A DNA stretch of 64,000 bases from an uncultured Bacteroidota bacterium (GTDB taxonomy: Bacteria; Bacteroidota; Bacteroidia; 2-12-FULL-35-15): positions 67,929 to 131,928 of the forward strand of contig CAINDA010000065.1 in NCBI GenBank assembly GCA_903847205.1, read 5' to 3'. This document shows, piece after piece, positions 10,506-20,296 of this stretch (its first letter is position 1; every line of letters begins with the position of its first letter). The notes below the pieces were generated by a model that was given only the letters and a program-made list of their open reading frames with translations, had not been told where the DNA came from and searched no databases. The translations under genes were made by a program, and so were the position numbers.

Positions 10506-11084
10506 ATGGAAAGCTCATTCAGCGACATTATTTTGTCAGGAAAAAAACCCGAAGAAATTTTAAGGGTAAATCTTCATTTTGGTAATTTTAGCAAACTGCC
10601 TGAAGAACTTTGGGAATATGAAAATATCGAATTTCTTGAACTATCAGAAAATAATTTAACCTCTCTTCCTGATAATTTTGCAGTGTTTAAAAACCTGAAA
10701 ACTATTTCACTTCACAAAAACAATCTGGTAGAACTGTTTGATGGTTTTTCGAACCTTAAGAATTTAGAACATCTTGATTTAGGCGGTAATTTTAATTTAG
10801 ATATTCAAAAAGTAACAAAGCAGATTGCAAAACTTCCGAAGCTGAAAGAGCTTGTTCTCAGCCACTGCAGTTTAAGGTCGGTGGATCAAAGTTTATTTAA
10901 AATAGAACACCTTAAAATTTTATACCTAAACAGTAATAAAATCACTGACCTTCCGGTTTTTGATTTGGATAATGACTTCTTCAGTAAATTTCAAAAAATT
11001 GATTTATCTGTGAATGATTTTTTACCAGAAAAAAAGATTGAATTGCGTGATAAGCTGGGTAAAGCGGAACAGTTATTCGTATAG
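10506..11084 (+). CDS. Leucine-rich repeat protein
   Basis: Repeated LxxLxLxxNxL units (LEFLELSENNLTSLP, LKTISLHKNNLVEL, LEHLDLGGN, LKILYLNSNKITDLP). The 192-aa protein has no signal peptide. Confidence 0.7.
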   Translation: MESSFSDIILSGKKPEEILRVNLHFGNFSKLPEELWEYENIEFLELSENNLTSLPDNFAVFKNLKTISLHKNNLVELFDGFSNLKNLEHLDLGGNFNLDIQKVTKQIAKLPKLKELVLSHCSLRSVDQSLFKIEHLKILYLNSNKITDLPVFDLDNDFFSKFQKIDLSVNDFLPEKKIELRDKLGKAEQLFV

Positions 11085-11535
11085 GTGTTTTTGAAAAATT
11101 GAATATAGGGAAGGGAAGAACAATCGGAGCGATATTTGCGGTTCAAACGATATGATTCTTTTTTTTTTGCAAAAAATATTAAAACGATTTTTTTATTTTT
11201 TTTATCGGCTGCTGTTTTCCGTAGAATAGAAATTCTTCTTTTAATACCCTTTTACATCACATCTACCTTATTATTAAAATTTTTCATTTCCTCTTCGCAT
11301 CGGAATAGTCTGTCCTTTCACAATAATTTTATGATCTTTAATTGATGTGATTTTTCTAATCTAACAGCCCGCTCATCATGTTTCTCGTTGAAGCATGTAC
11401 AACATACTTTTCCTTCAACTATGAATAGCAGCATAATCAAGCATTGTTTCTATCAAAAAAATATTTTTGGATCCAAACTAACTAAAAATGTGTAGACCTA
11501 ATTGGAAATTAAGCTGTTTACACCTTGATCTTTAC

Positions 11536-11718
11536 TCAAATAAAATGTTTTTTTGCTTTTAAAACGGCTTGTAAAAATCTCGAAGGTTCAACCGGCCTTA
11601 AAATAAAATCACAGACTTCGTGATCGTAAGCATCAATAGCAAATTCTTTTTTGGAAGCCATTACAATAACCTGTTGTTCTGGCTGAGTAAGGGTTTTGAG
11701 AAACTCTATACCTGTCAT
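11536..11718 (-). pseudogene. Orphan fragment of a response-regulator receiver domain (C-terminal half only)
   Basis: MTGIEFLKTLTQPEQQVIVMASKKEFAIDAYDHEVCDFILRPVEPSRFLQAVLKAKK matches the alpha3-beta5 region of CheY-like receivers (MPxMDGxELL...VIMLTA...A...GAxDYLxKP). An in-frame stop lies five codons upstream of the Met. There is no phospho-acceptor Asp region and no output domain. It sits in a 1.2-kb low-coding region. Confidence 0.35.
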
Positions 11719-12282
11719 GCCCGCCGTGGAATGCTAAAAAAACAAATCAATTTTTTCTTCAATTAATAATATTAGAAGCCTCGGACACTGAGCTGCATTT
11801 TAATGTGAAATGCAAAAATTTAGTTTTAGAAACTTACTTTTCAATCAAGTTTAATTTATGTTCATTGTAGTCGACTATAATACAGTTCATTTTTTACTTT
11901 TTAATTTGAGTATCAAAAGGTGTTTTCAAATGTGCAGTTTTATAAATTCTGAACGTCGGTGAGGAAAAATATGGCGGCAAAGAACACAGCATATTGACTT
12001 ATTAAGTATATAAAAAACATTCACCGCTAATATTTAAACATAAAAGGAATAGGGAAGGTTTAATTTTGTAAAATTCGGTTAAAAAAAGAATTCAAGCCAG
12101 CCTGACAAAAATTAAAATTTATAAAACAAAAAATCAGGCTTTCAATATAAATTCCAAAGCAATGGAGACGGGTTAAAGGGAGATTTTATATATAATAATC
12201 GGTATGAACTGAATAATGCATCCCGATTATTTATTTAAAGGATTAATCTGCGGTTTTGTTTTAGCTAAGAATTAAAAAAAAG

Positions 12283-12633
12283 TTAGAGGACAATAATTTT
12301 TCTACTATAAAATTTTTCGCCGTCCGAAAGTTTCACAAAATAAATACCTTTTGGTGAGTTTGAAATATCAATTATTGGTTGTTTGTCATTAATTTTTGAA
12401 TACAATTTTTCTCGAAGATTATTGTAAATTTCAATAGTCTGAGGCTTGCTTTCAGCTATATTCTGACGGATGGAAAAAACGCCGTTTTCAGGATTAGGAA
12501 AAATCTCCATAGAGTTTTCATTCTCTAAAACCTGGCTGATGCCTGTCGGCAGGGTTACACTTGCATCATCAATCCATAAAACACTGCCCGCTTTGGATTT
12601 TTGTCGAGTGATGATGAACTGTACAATATCCAT
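12283..12633 (-). pseudogene. Remnant carrying a T9SS C-terminal sorting domain
   Basis: The C-terminus EIFPNPENGVFSIRQ...IEIYNN...GIYFVKLSDGEKFYSRKIIVL is a Por/T9SS CTD. At 116 aa it is too short for a cargo protein. The upstream minus strand has protein-like sequence in another frame (VATGSSNWQQASINLTYLSSVTPDT) interrupted by stops, which suggests frameshift decay. Confidence 0.35.
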
Positions 12634-13114
12634 AATGTGTCAGGGGTTACAGAGCTTAAATAAGTTAAATTAATGGACGCCTGCTGCCAGTTTGAAGAAC
12701 CGGTTGCGACATTTGTTTTAAACACTCTGCCGGCAATCGGAAAGCCTTATTTCACTTGTTCCACATGGCATTCGGCAGTATCATTTCCATGAGGTTTATA
12801 TTGTTAATAAAAACTGAAATGGGTTATTTTTTGAGTGCAGGGGATGCCCGGTTTATATATTACGGTTGTTTCATTTTCATTACCATTAAATAAAATACCC
12901 AATGTATCAGAATATACATGGCCGATAAATGGAATTCCCAGTTTTTATAATAACCCCATGAAGTCTGGGTATATACTTTTGTTTCAATGCGGGCTGAGTA
13001 GGTGCCGGAATGTACTGTATCAGTGCATCTGGTAACTGATATAGGGCTGCTCCCGAGATAAGAATAATTAAAAAAATTATACTTTAAAATGGCAAGCTGT
13101 TTTTTTAACAGATT

Positions 13115-14008
13115 TTAATGTTTGGAAATAAAATCACCAACGGCTTTCAAGTAATTCTCAAAACCCATTGTGGTTTCAATAGTGCTGTGTCCAGCATCTG
13201 GTATGCGGTGCCCTTCTTTGAAAGAGCCTTGGTAATTATTATAAATAACAGCACCATGTGTATTAATATTTAAAAAAGCATCAGCCTCGCCGTGAATCCA
13301 AAAGAAAGGCTGCTGAATTTTTTTTATTTCTTCAGCATTATCCAATTTCAGAGTGGTAAAAAAATCGCCTGGCATTGCAAGGCCTGAAGCATCTTGTATC
13401 ATTACTTCTGCAGAAGCGAAAGGAGCTTCCAGCATAAGCTTAGCTGGTTTCATACTATAATTTTCAGCACTTAATTTTGTTGCAGGAGCAGAGCCCATGC
13501 TGAAGCCATACATCATCAGCCTGCTGTTTGACAGTCCTTTACTGCTGAGCCATTTTAATGCAGCATCAGCATCGGCATACAAGCCGTTTTCTGTGGGTTT
13601 GCCGTCCGACATACCGTACCCGCGGTAATCTATCATCATAACGCCGTAATGATTTTTGCTTTTTGTGTTTGCAAGCAGTTTAGCACGCGGCCAGTAAAAG
13701 TCCATGTGGTCCCGGTTTCCATGGCAGTACATAATAACTGTGTCGGTTGCAATGCGGCTGATATTTCCGATATAAATTGCATAAATGCTCACTGCAGCTG
13801 CATCTTCAGGTCCTTGAGAAGCAAGTGTGAAAATATGAATTAAACTGTCAGGGATCTGGTACGACATATCCAACCTGAAATTAACATCGCCAGTATAATT
13901 ATCTAATTTATATTCGGTGAGTTTACTGTTTTCATATAGATTATTATCTAAATTAAAACAACTCGAAAGACTGATTAAAACGGCAGTTATAAGAATATAA
14001 TTTTTCAT
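13115..14008 (-). CDS. Alpha/beta hydrolase (secreted or lipoprotein)
   Basis: Signal peptide MKNYILITAVLISLSSC. GFSMGS is the nucleophile elbow (GxSxG). A downstream HG..D.F block fits a serine hydrolase fold. Confidence 0.65.
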   Translation of the reverse strand: MKNYILITAVLISLSSCFNLDNNLYENSKLTEYKLDNYTGDVNFRLDMSYQIPDSLIHIFTLASQGPEDAAAVSIYAIYIGNISRIATDTVIMYCHGNRDHMDFYWPRAKLLANTKSKNHYGVMMIDYRGYGMSDGKPTENGLYADADAALKWLSSKGLSNSRLMMYGFSMGSAPATKLSAENYSMKPAKLMLEAPFASAEVMIQDASGLAMPGDFFTTLKLDNAEEIKKIQQPFFWIHGEADAFLNINTHGAVIYNNYQGSFKEGHRIPDAGHSTIETTMGFENYLKAVGDFISKH

Positions 14009-14012
14009 GAGT

Positions 14013-14693
14013 TTAAAATTTGCGGGTTAAACCGAAATAAACACCCAAAGCACCATGGCTTTTGAAAGGCGTTTGGTAATCAACTACCAGATTTTGATTT
14101 GATAAATTTGGGGCAATCACTTTAGTTTCTATAATAAAATTCCATTTTTTTAAAGTAAAGTTATGACCTGCTTCCGGCATAAATATCCAATGATTAGGCT
14201 GTATAATATCAAATGCTCGCTTCTGCGAGAGCTCAAACCAATTATCAATGCCGATGTAAAAAAAGTTTTTGCGCTTTCCGTATTCCCAAAATGCATTTAC
14301 AGTGAGCTGCGGATAAAGTTTGTGAGCATCCTTATTCCGGTAGATAATATTTAATGCAGGCGTGATTGTTAATGCCGGTAAATAAGTATGCTGCCTGCAC
14401 AGCTGTTTAGCTGCGCCGAGTTCCATCTGTAAATTTGCGAATAAAGCGGATGTAATATTAACGGAGCCAAAACCGGTTAACGAGCTGTCGATTCCATAGC
14501 CGTAGTTAGCAGTTAAAAACGGAACTGGAATAACAGAATTTCCATAGGTGATAAGAGGGCCTCCTAATGAAATATTTGCTGACTGCTGATTTTTATTCAA
14601 TGGTTTTACAAAACGTGCAGGAGAGCATGAATAAGAATTAATTATTAAAATACAAGCAGATATGCAGATTAAAAAAAAGAGATTTATTTTCAT
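14013..14693 (-). CDS. Putative outer-membrane beta-barrel protein (hypothetical)
   Basis: It has a signal peptide and a C-terminal ...GLTRKF ending in Phe, which looks like a beta-signal. The 226-aa protein is Gly/aromatic-rich with an alternating pattern. Confidence 0.4.
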   Translation of the reverse strand: MKINLFFLICISACILIINSYSCSPARFVKPLNKNQQSANISLGGPLITYGNSVIPVPFLTANYGYGIDSSLTGFGSVNITSALFANLQMELGAAKQLCRQHTYLPALTITPALNIIYRNKDAHKLYPQLTVNAFWEYGKRKNFFYIGIDNWFELSQKRAFDIIQPNHWIFMPEAGHNFTLKKWNFIIETKVIAPNLSNQNLVVDYQTPFKSHGALGVYFGLTRKF

Positions 14694-14828
14694 TTTGTTA
14701 AAATTGTTTCTGGATTAATCGGAGCACCGGTTCGATTGTTCACCCTATCAGCCGTAATTTTAAGATGCTCTTTAAAATTGCAGCAAATATAATTCTATTT
14801 ATATAAAACATTTACCTTTGCTTCTTAT

Positions 14829-15047
14829 ATGAGAGATGTTTTTTATACCATATTAGTAGTCTGGATTATTTCGCGGGTGTTCAGCAGCATTAGTGCTTAT
14901 GGCAGCAAAAAAGAAAATAATTCAGCCGATTCAAAACCAAAGAGTAAACGTACAGATGGCCAAACCTCTGTTGATTATATTCCTCCTGTAAAAAAGAAAA
15001 TAAGCGATGATGAGGGAGAATATGTTGATTACGAGGATGTGAAATAA
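14829..15047 (+). CDS. Small membrane protein (one N-terminal TM helix, acidic C-terminus)
   Basis: The 72-aa protein starts FYTILVVWIISRVF (TM) and ends DDEGEYVDYEDVK. It resembles small DUF-type proteins of Bacteroidota. Coding status is uncertain. Confidence 0.3.
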   Translation: MRDVFYTILVVWIISRVFSSISAYGSKKENNSADSKPKSKRTDGQTSVDYIPPVKKKISDDEGEYVDYEDVK

Positions 15048-15075
15048 ATTTTAGAAATTTAAATTTGAAAAGCAG

Positions 15076-16032
15076 TTAATTTCCTTTTGCTATTTGATCA
15101 TAAATTCCCAGCATCTCAGCCTGTTCTTCAATAGTTTTAAATTCAGAAACATCACCGATTAAAAATTGCTTTGTCTGTAGCAGCAGCCCTGGTTTAAATT
15201 GAGTATCCAAAGCGTTATCAAGTTCGACTTTATTGACAGCAACAGAACCTTTCAATTGAATCTGGAGTTCTTCAAGAGGACGCAAAATTAACCGCGATTT
15301 TTTAGTAAGAATTTCAACACTCCATCTGCCCGGAGCATCCCAGTTAGCCTGATAAGAGAATAATAAATCATCCTTTGTTCTGCCAGCACCGGTAAACACA
15401 GATTTATTATGCCAGGAAAGACCACCCGATGCAAAACAGCTGATTTCAGAAGGCTTCCCGCCTAAATAAAAAGCTAAGTCAATCACATGAGTAGAATTGG
15501 CAAGCAGCCAATTTTCTTTTATTCCCGGCTTTTTATCTAATGGTTCAATAATATGAGCCCATTCAGTAAACTCAAAATTAAAAGATTTTACACCGCCGTC
15601 CTGCTCAATAATTTCTTTTGCTTTTAAAACAGATGCATAAAACCTGCGGTTGTAGGCCAGAAGTACCCTTGCCTTTTGCTGTTTAACAATTTGAGCAAGC
15701 TCATTAATTTCCTGATTATTCAGCCCGGCAGGCTTTTCAATCAATATATTTTTAAACCCTTTATTAACTAACTGAATTGCAGTGTAGGCAAGATCTTCCA
15801 TTCCAACCGCAATAATTGCAGCATCAAATGTAATCTTGTTCTCAAGCAGAAATTTTTCCGTGCCGCCGGTAATTATTTTACAGCTGGTTTTTTCTTCAAA
15901 ATTTGCTGCAGAATTTTCTCCTCTGCCAATAACTGTAACATCACATTGTAAGGCTTTCAGCACCTTGTAATAATCAACAGCCATTATGCCTGCACCGATT
16001 AATAATACTTTTTTATTTAGGTTATCGAACAT
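15076..16032 (-). CDS. Gfo/Idh/MocA family NAD(P)-dependent oxidoreductase (WbpB-like sugar dehydrogenase candidate)
   Basis: The N-terminal Rossmann motif reads KVLLIGAGIMAVDY. Length is 318 aa. It overlaps the next gene by 16 nt, consistent with an operon. Confidence 0.7.
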   Translation of the reverse strand: MFDNLNKKVLLIGAGIMAVDYYKVLKALQCDVTVIGRGENSAANFEEKTSCKIITGGTEKFLLENKITFDAAIIAVGMEDLAYTAIQLVNKGFKNILIEKPAGLNNQEINELAQIVKQQKARVLLAYNRRFYASVLKAKEIIEQDGGVKSFNFEFTEWAHIIEPLDKKPGIKENWLLANSTHVIDLAFYLGGKPSEISCFASGGLSWHNKSVFTGAGRTKDDLLFSYQANWDAPGRWSVEILTKKSRLILRPLEELQIQLKGSVAVNKVELDNALDTQFKPGLLLQTKQFLIGDVSEFKTIEEQAEMLGIYDQIAKGN

Positions 16033-16988
16033 TCGTCAATAGAATTATCATTGTTTTCTTTTCGTAAAAATGAGATCAAATTATTTAAAAATAATAAATG
16101 AAGTTCAGCAGATTCTTTATAGGCGGTGAGACTGCAGTTTCCTGTTCTTAAAATTTCATCTGCTGCTATATTTGTTAATTGGCTCTGAAAAGGCATATTA
16201 AATGTTTGTTCTTCAAGGGCCCAATTATTATCAAGTCTGCTTATCCAAACTTTTGCTTCAGGCCCCTCTTCAATACTGTATCTTACAGCTGCGGTATTTA
16301 TATTTATCCTCAAAGAAGGCGTTTTATCCGGAAAAGAAGCGATGAGAAATGTATGTCCGCCTGTCTTTCCCGTTATGGTGCCTGTGAATTCAATATAACC
16401 CGGACGTTTGCTTTCAATAACTGTTTTATCAATTAAATCATTTGATAATACAATGTTATCTGATTTTGTTAAAAATGCAAACAAATCAAGTAAATGAATA
16501 CCGTTGCAGCTCAATCCCCATGAATTTCCAGAAGCATTGAATTCAACATTTCCGGAAAGTTCCTTTTGTAAATTCTGATAAAAAGGAATCATTCTGCGCG
16601 GGCAGTTTACCCAGGCTTTAATTTTTTTTTCAGTCAGCAATTTTTCAACCGCTTGATAATCGTCCGATTTAACAAATAAGAATTTTTCTAAAATTAAATT
16701 CTTAACATTTGAGTTTGCTGTTAACTGCTCAACCACGCGCCTCCGCACTTTAGAATTAGTAGCAACAATAGCAATATCAATTTGTTTTTCAAGCGCAGAA
16801 ATATCCGTATGAAAAGAAATTTTTCCAGTAAAATTGCTGCCAACCTCTTTAAAACGGGCCTCAGCAACTGCTAATGACTCGGCAGAAGAATCAACTACCT
16901 GAATGCAAACCGGATGTTTCATTGAAGCCAGTGCCTGCAAATGCCTGCTTCCTAATTGCCCTGCTCCTATTATTGCTATGTTTTTCAT
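16017..16988 (-). CDS. Gfo/Idh/MocA family NAD(P)-dependent oxidoreductase
   Basis: MKNIAIIGAGQLGSRHLQAL Rossmann N-terminus in a 323-aa protein. It is a paralog-like partner of the downstream gene. Confidence 0.7.
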   Translation of the reverse strand: MKNIAIIGAGQLGSRHLQALASMKHPVCIQVVDSSAESLAVAEARFKEVGSNFTGKISFHTDISALEKQIDIAIVATNSKVRRRVVEQLTANSNVKNLILEKFLFVKSDDYQAVEKLLTEKKIKAWVNCPRRMIPFYQNLQKELSGNVEFNASGNSWGLSCNGIHLLDLFAFLTKSDNIVLSNDLIDKTVIESKRPGYIEFTGTITGKTGGHTFLIASFPDKTPSLRININTAAVRYSIEEGPEAKVWISRLDNNWALEEQTFNMPFQSQLTNIAADEILRTGNCSLTAYKESAELHLLFLNNLISFLRKENNDNSIDECSIT

Positions 16989-17084
16989 TTATAAAAAGCC
17001 TGAAATATTTTTATCCTAAGCTACCTTTATCATAAAATTAGTAAAAAAGGCGTTTTACTTGATTCATTTTTCAACTATTTCAGC

Positions 17085-17310
17085 CAAATCTAATCTTTTT
17101 CATCCAAATATGTTTTTGTTTCATCCAAAACAAATTTTTTTCAGCCTATGCAAAACATTTTCAGCTTGTACAAACCTTTTTCAGCCTATGCAAACCTTTT
17201 TCAACTCATGCAAACCTTTTTCAGCTTGTGCAAACCTTTTTCGACATATGCAAAACTTTTTCGGCCAGTGCAAACCTTTTTCAGCCTAATATGTTTTGTT
17301 TCAGCCTAAT
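17085..17310. repeat. Tandem array of ~10-11 copies of a 20-bp unit (consensus CAAACCTTTTTCAGCCTATG)
   Basis: Units are contiguous with no spacers. Each has a conserved 12-nt core CAAACCTTTTTC and a variable 8-nt tail (agcctatg, aactcatg, agcttgtg, gacatatg, ggccagtg, agcctaat). The array sits in the divergent intergenic region between the Gfo/Idh/MocA operon (-) and the FG-GAP T9SS gene (+). Confidence 0.7.
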
Positions 17311-17441
17311 CGATTCGATTCGGCTAAAACCTATTATATCACAATTATACCATTATATTCTTTTAATCATGTTTTTAATCGTTTTTTTTGTATACTATTG
17401 TCGCTAATTAAGTTTCAATTTTAAATTAAAGAAATAAGGTC

Positions 17442-19907
17442 ATGAAAAAAACTAACATCCTCACAATTTTTCTTTTTGTCGTATTGGCCTTTAATTCAAA
17501 TGGACAACCGGTTATTACTTCATTTACCCCTGCATCCGGTGCAGTCGGCACTTCAGTAACAATTATCGGAAGCAATTTCAGTGCAGTGCCCGCCAATAAT
17601 ATTGTTTATTTTGGTGCAGTAAAGGCTGTTGTAAATACTGCATCAGTCTCTAGTCTAAATGTTACTGTTCCTGTTGATGCATCATACCAGTTTATTACAG
17701 TTACCACGAATAATCTTACGGCCTATTCGTTTCAGCCATTTAATGTGACATTCCAGTGTTTCGGGGCAATAGATTCCAGCTCCTTTTCAGGACATATAGA
17801 TTATACCACAGGAACCGATCCCCGCAGGATTTCAATAGGCGATTTGGACGGAGACGGGAAGTCTGATCTGGCTGTTGCGAACCATATCGGCCAAACCATT
17901 TCAGTATTTAAAAGCACTAGTACAAGCGGAACTATTTCATTTTCACCAAAAGTGGATTACACACCGGGAGGAGCCCCATCATGCGTTACTATCGGCGATT
18001 TAGACGGCGACGGAAAGCCCGAACTTGTTACAGCGAATAATAATAGTAATGATAACGTTTCAGTATTCAAAAACACAAGTACAATCGGTGCTGTTTCCTT
18101 TGCCGCACGTGTTGATTTTATAGCTGGGACTTATCCTTATTTAGTTTCAATTGGAGATTTGGACGGGGATGGGAAACCGGATCTTGCTGTAGTGAATTAT
18201 TCAAACAATACTGTTTCAATATTAAGAAATACAACTTCAGGCGGGATAATTTCATTTGCAGCAAAAGTTGATTACATAACTGGCAGCAGCCCTAACAGTA
18301 TTTCAATTGGTGATTTGGATGGAGATGGAAAACCTGATTTGTCGATAGCAAATCGTTCCTCCAACACAGTTTCTGTCTTAAAAAACTTAAGCACAAACGG
18401 AACAATTTCATTTGCCCCTAAAGTGGACTATATTACCGGCACATCTCCCTGCGGCGCTTCTATAGCTGATTTGGATGGAGATGGAAAGTTTGATCTAATA
18501 ATACCAAATTTGGGTTCTAACACTCTTTCTATATTTAGAAATACAAGTATAAGCGGAACTATTTCCTTCGCTTCGAAGGTGGATTTTAGCGGCGGAGCCG
18601 GTTCAAGCAATATTTCGACCGGTGATTTAAATGGCGACGGAAAGCCTGATATTGCTGTGACAAATTACAATGCCAATAGCATTTCTATATTTAAAAATAC
18701 GAGTACAATCGGGGCCATTTCTTTTTCTCCAAAAACTGACTTTCCGGCCTCTGGCTCCGCAAACCCTGCCTGTGTTTCTATCGGCGATTTAGACGGTGAC
18801 GGGAAACCCGACCTAGCTGTGGCGAGTGAAGGAGCAAGCAGTTCAGGAACTTCTATTTCAATTTTAAAGAATCAGGTAACATGCGCTTCTTCTTCTCCCG
18901 CCGATGCACGTTTTACATCATCGCAACCAGGCTGTACCGGCCAGTTAGAAAACTTTTACAGCGTTATGGCCGGAGTATCTGGTATAACTCATTCATGGAG
19001 TTTTGGTTCAGGAGCGGCCCCGGCCTCATCTGCTTTGGAAAATCCAACCGGAATAGTTTATTCAATAATGGGAGCTAAAATTGTTACACACATTGTTACC
19101 GCAGGCTCTAACTCCGATACAGTTATTAATATAATAACAATCAACCCTTCCCCGGCTGCATCCTTTATTTCCTCAGCCCCCGCATGTAGCGGTAATATTG
19201 TTAATTTCAGCAATTCAGGGAGCACGGGACCAGGGGTAACTTATTCCTGGGATTTTGGCTCTGGGGCATCTCCAAATACTTCTACATCTCTAAATCCAAA
19301 TGGAATAATTTATAATACTGCAGGAACAAAAACAGTTTCTTTATCCATAAGCAATGAATTTGAATGTGTTACTTCCACAACACAAACCATCACTATAAAT
19401 CCTTTACCATTAATAAGTTTATTTCCTTTTACAGCAGTTTGTATGCAGGCTGTACCATTTGCATTAACTGGCGGCCTGCCCACCGGAGGAACATATTCCG
19501 GAACAGCTGTTGATAGTTTGGGTGTATTTCATCCAGGAAGCGCAAATGCAATTCAGACAATTTTTTATACCATAACTAATTCATTTAACTGTTCTAATAT
19601 GCTATCTCAAAACATTACTGTTCATGACTGCACCGGAATTGACGAAAATAATGTCCTGCCGGAAATTACCATTTACCCTAACCCGGCAAATGGAATATTT
19701 AATATTGCAGTAAAAAATTCAGGCTCAAATGAGCTGCAGATTGGCATATTTGATATGCAGGGAAAGGAAGTATTCAATACTTTATATAAAAACACCGGAG
19801 CTGATTTCAATAAACAAATAAGCTTAGAGACTTTGGCAAAAGGCATTTACTATGTTAAACTAAATACAAGATTGAATTCTCAGATTCAAAAATTAATTAT
19901 TCAATAG
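17442..19907 (+). CDS. T9SS-secreted FG-GAP repeat / PKD-domain surface protein
   Basis: It has a signal peptide and an IPT-like N-terminus. There are at least nine FG-GAP repeats of the form ISIGDLDGDGKPDLAVAN, then PKD-like modules. The C-terminus is a T9SS sorting domain (ITIYPNPANGIFNIAV...GIYYVKLNT...KLIIQ). Confidence 0.75.
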   Translation: MKKTNILTIFLFVVLAFNSNGQPVITSFTPASGAVGTSVTIIGSNFSAVPANNIVYFGAVKAVVNTASVSSLNVTVPVDASYQFITVTTNNLTAYSFQPFNVTFQCFGAIDSSSFSGHIDYTTGTDPRRISIGDLDGDGKSDLAVANHIGQTISVFKSTSTSGTISFSPKVDYTPGGAPSCVTIGDLDGDGKPELVTANNNSNDNVSVFKNTSTIGAVSFAARVDFIAGTYPYLVSIGDLDGDGKPDLAVVNYSNNTVSILRNTTSGGIISFAAKVDYITGSSPNSISIGDLDGDGKPDLSIANRSSNTVSVLKNLSTNGTISFAPKVDYITGTSPCGASIADLDGDGKFDLIIPNLGSNTLSIFRNTSISGTISFASKVDFSGGAGSSNISTGDLNGDGKPDIAVTNYNANSISIFKNTSTIGAISFSPKTDFPASGSANPACVSIGDLDGDGKPDLAVASEGASSSGTSISILKNQVTCASSSPADARFTSSQPGCTGQLENFYSVMAGVSGITHSWSFGSGAAPASSALENPTGIVYSIMGAKIVTHIVTAGSNSDTVINIITINPSPAASFISSAPACSGNIVNFSNSGSTGPGVTYSWDFGSGASPNTSTSLNPNGIIYNTAGTKTVSLSISNEFECVTSTTQTITINPLPLISLFPFTAVCMQAVPFALTGGLPTGGTYSGTAVDSLGVFHPGSANAIQTIFYTITNSFNCSNMLSQNITVHDCTGIDENNVLPEITIYPNPANGIFNIAVKNSGSNELQIGIFDMQGKEVFNTLYKNTGADFNKQISLETLAKGIYYVKLNTRLNSQIQKLIIQ

Positions 19908-20011
19908 TAGAAAAGGATATAAGAAAAAGAACCATTTTTTTCAATTAAAACAGTTCATTTTTTCAGGCTTCATTTTATCAATCCTTACCTGATTTTTATC
20001 TGCAATTATAA

Positions 20012-20051
20012 TTTTAATCAGGGTTTAAGCCCGATCAAGCCCTGATTAAAA
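20012..20051. terminator. Hairpin downstream of the T9SS cargo gene
   Basis: A 12-bp perfect inverted repeat TTTTAATCAGGG / CCCTGATTAAAA has a 16-nt loop containing a GGG...CCC inner stem. It lies ~100 nt after the stop with only a weak T-tract. Confidence 0.35.
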
Positions 20052-20296
20052 TTCCGACCTCATTTTTTCGCCCCGGAAGCTTTGAAACCCAATCGGAGAT
20101 ATGCTTAAAACAGCGGATAAAATTTATTCTGTTATAAAAACTGTTTGAATATATTTCTCCAAAAAATTGTTAATTGAATAATATCGGAACAAAAAAAAGA
20201 CTAATTTCACAGTCCTTGATGACTCAATGCAATAATTCTGAAAAAGTATTGGAAAATTGACTGAGCATCTCTATAGAACACAAATAAAATTTCAAT

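Noticed and set aside
11136-11345. 69-aa ORF in the AT-rich gap
   Set aside because: Poly-F/poly-L low complexity from T-rich DNA, with no motif. This is most likely noncoding sequence.
14712-14745. tRNA-like GGTTCGATT (T-loop-like) motif
   Set aside because: The flanking sequence cannot form a T-stem or acceptor stem. No cloverleaf is possible.
17085-17310. Considered a CRISPR array
   Set aside because: The units are contiguous 20-mers with a variable 8-nt tail rather than 28-37-nt repeats separated by unique spacers. No cas genes are nearby. The ORF-track entry 17059..17289 is a translation of this repeat.
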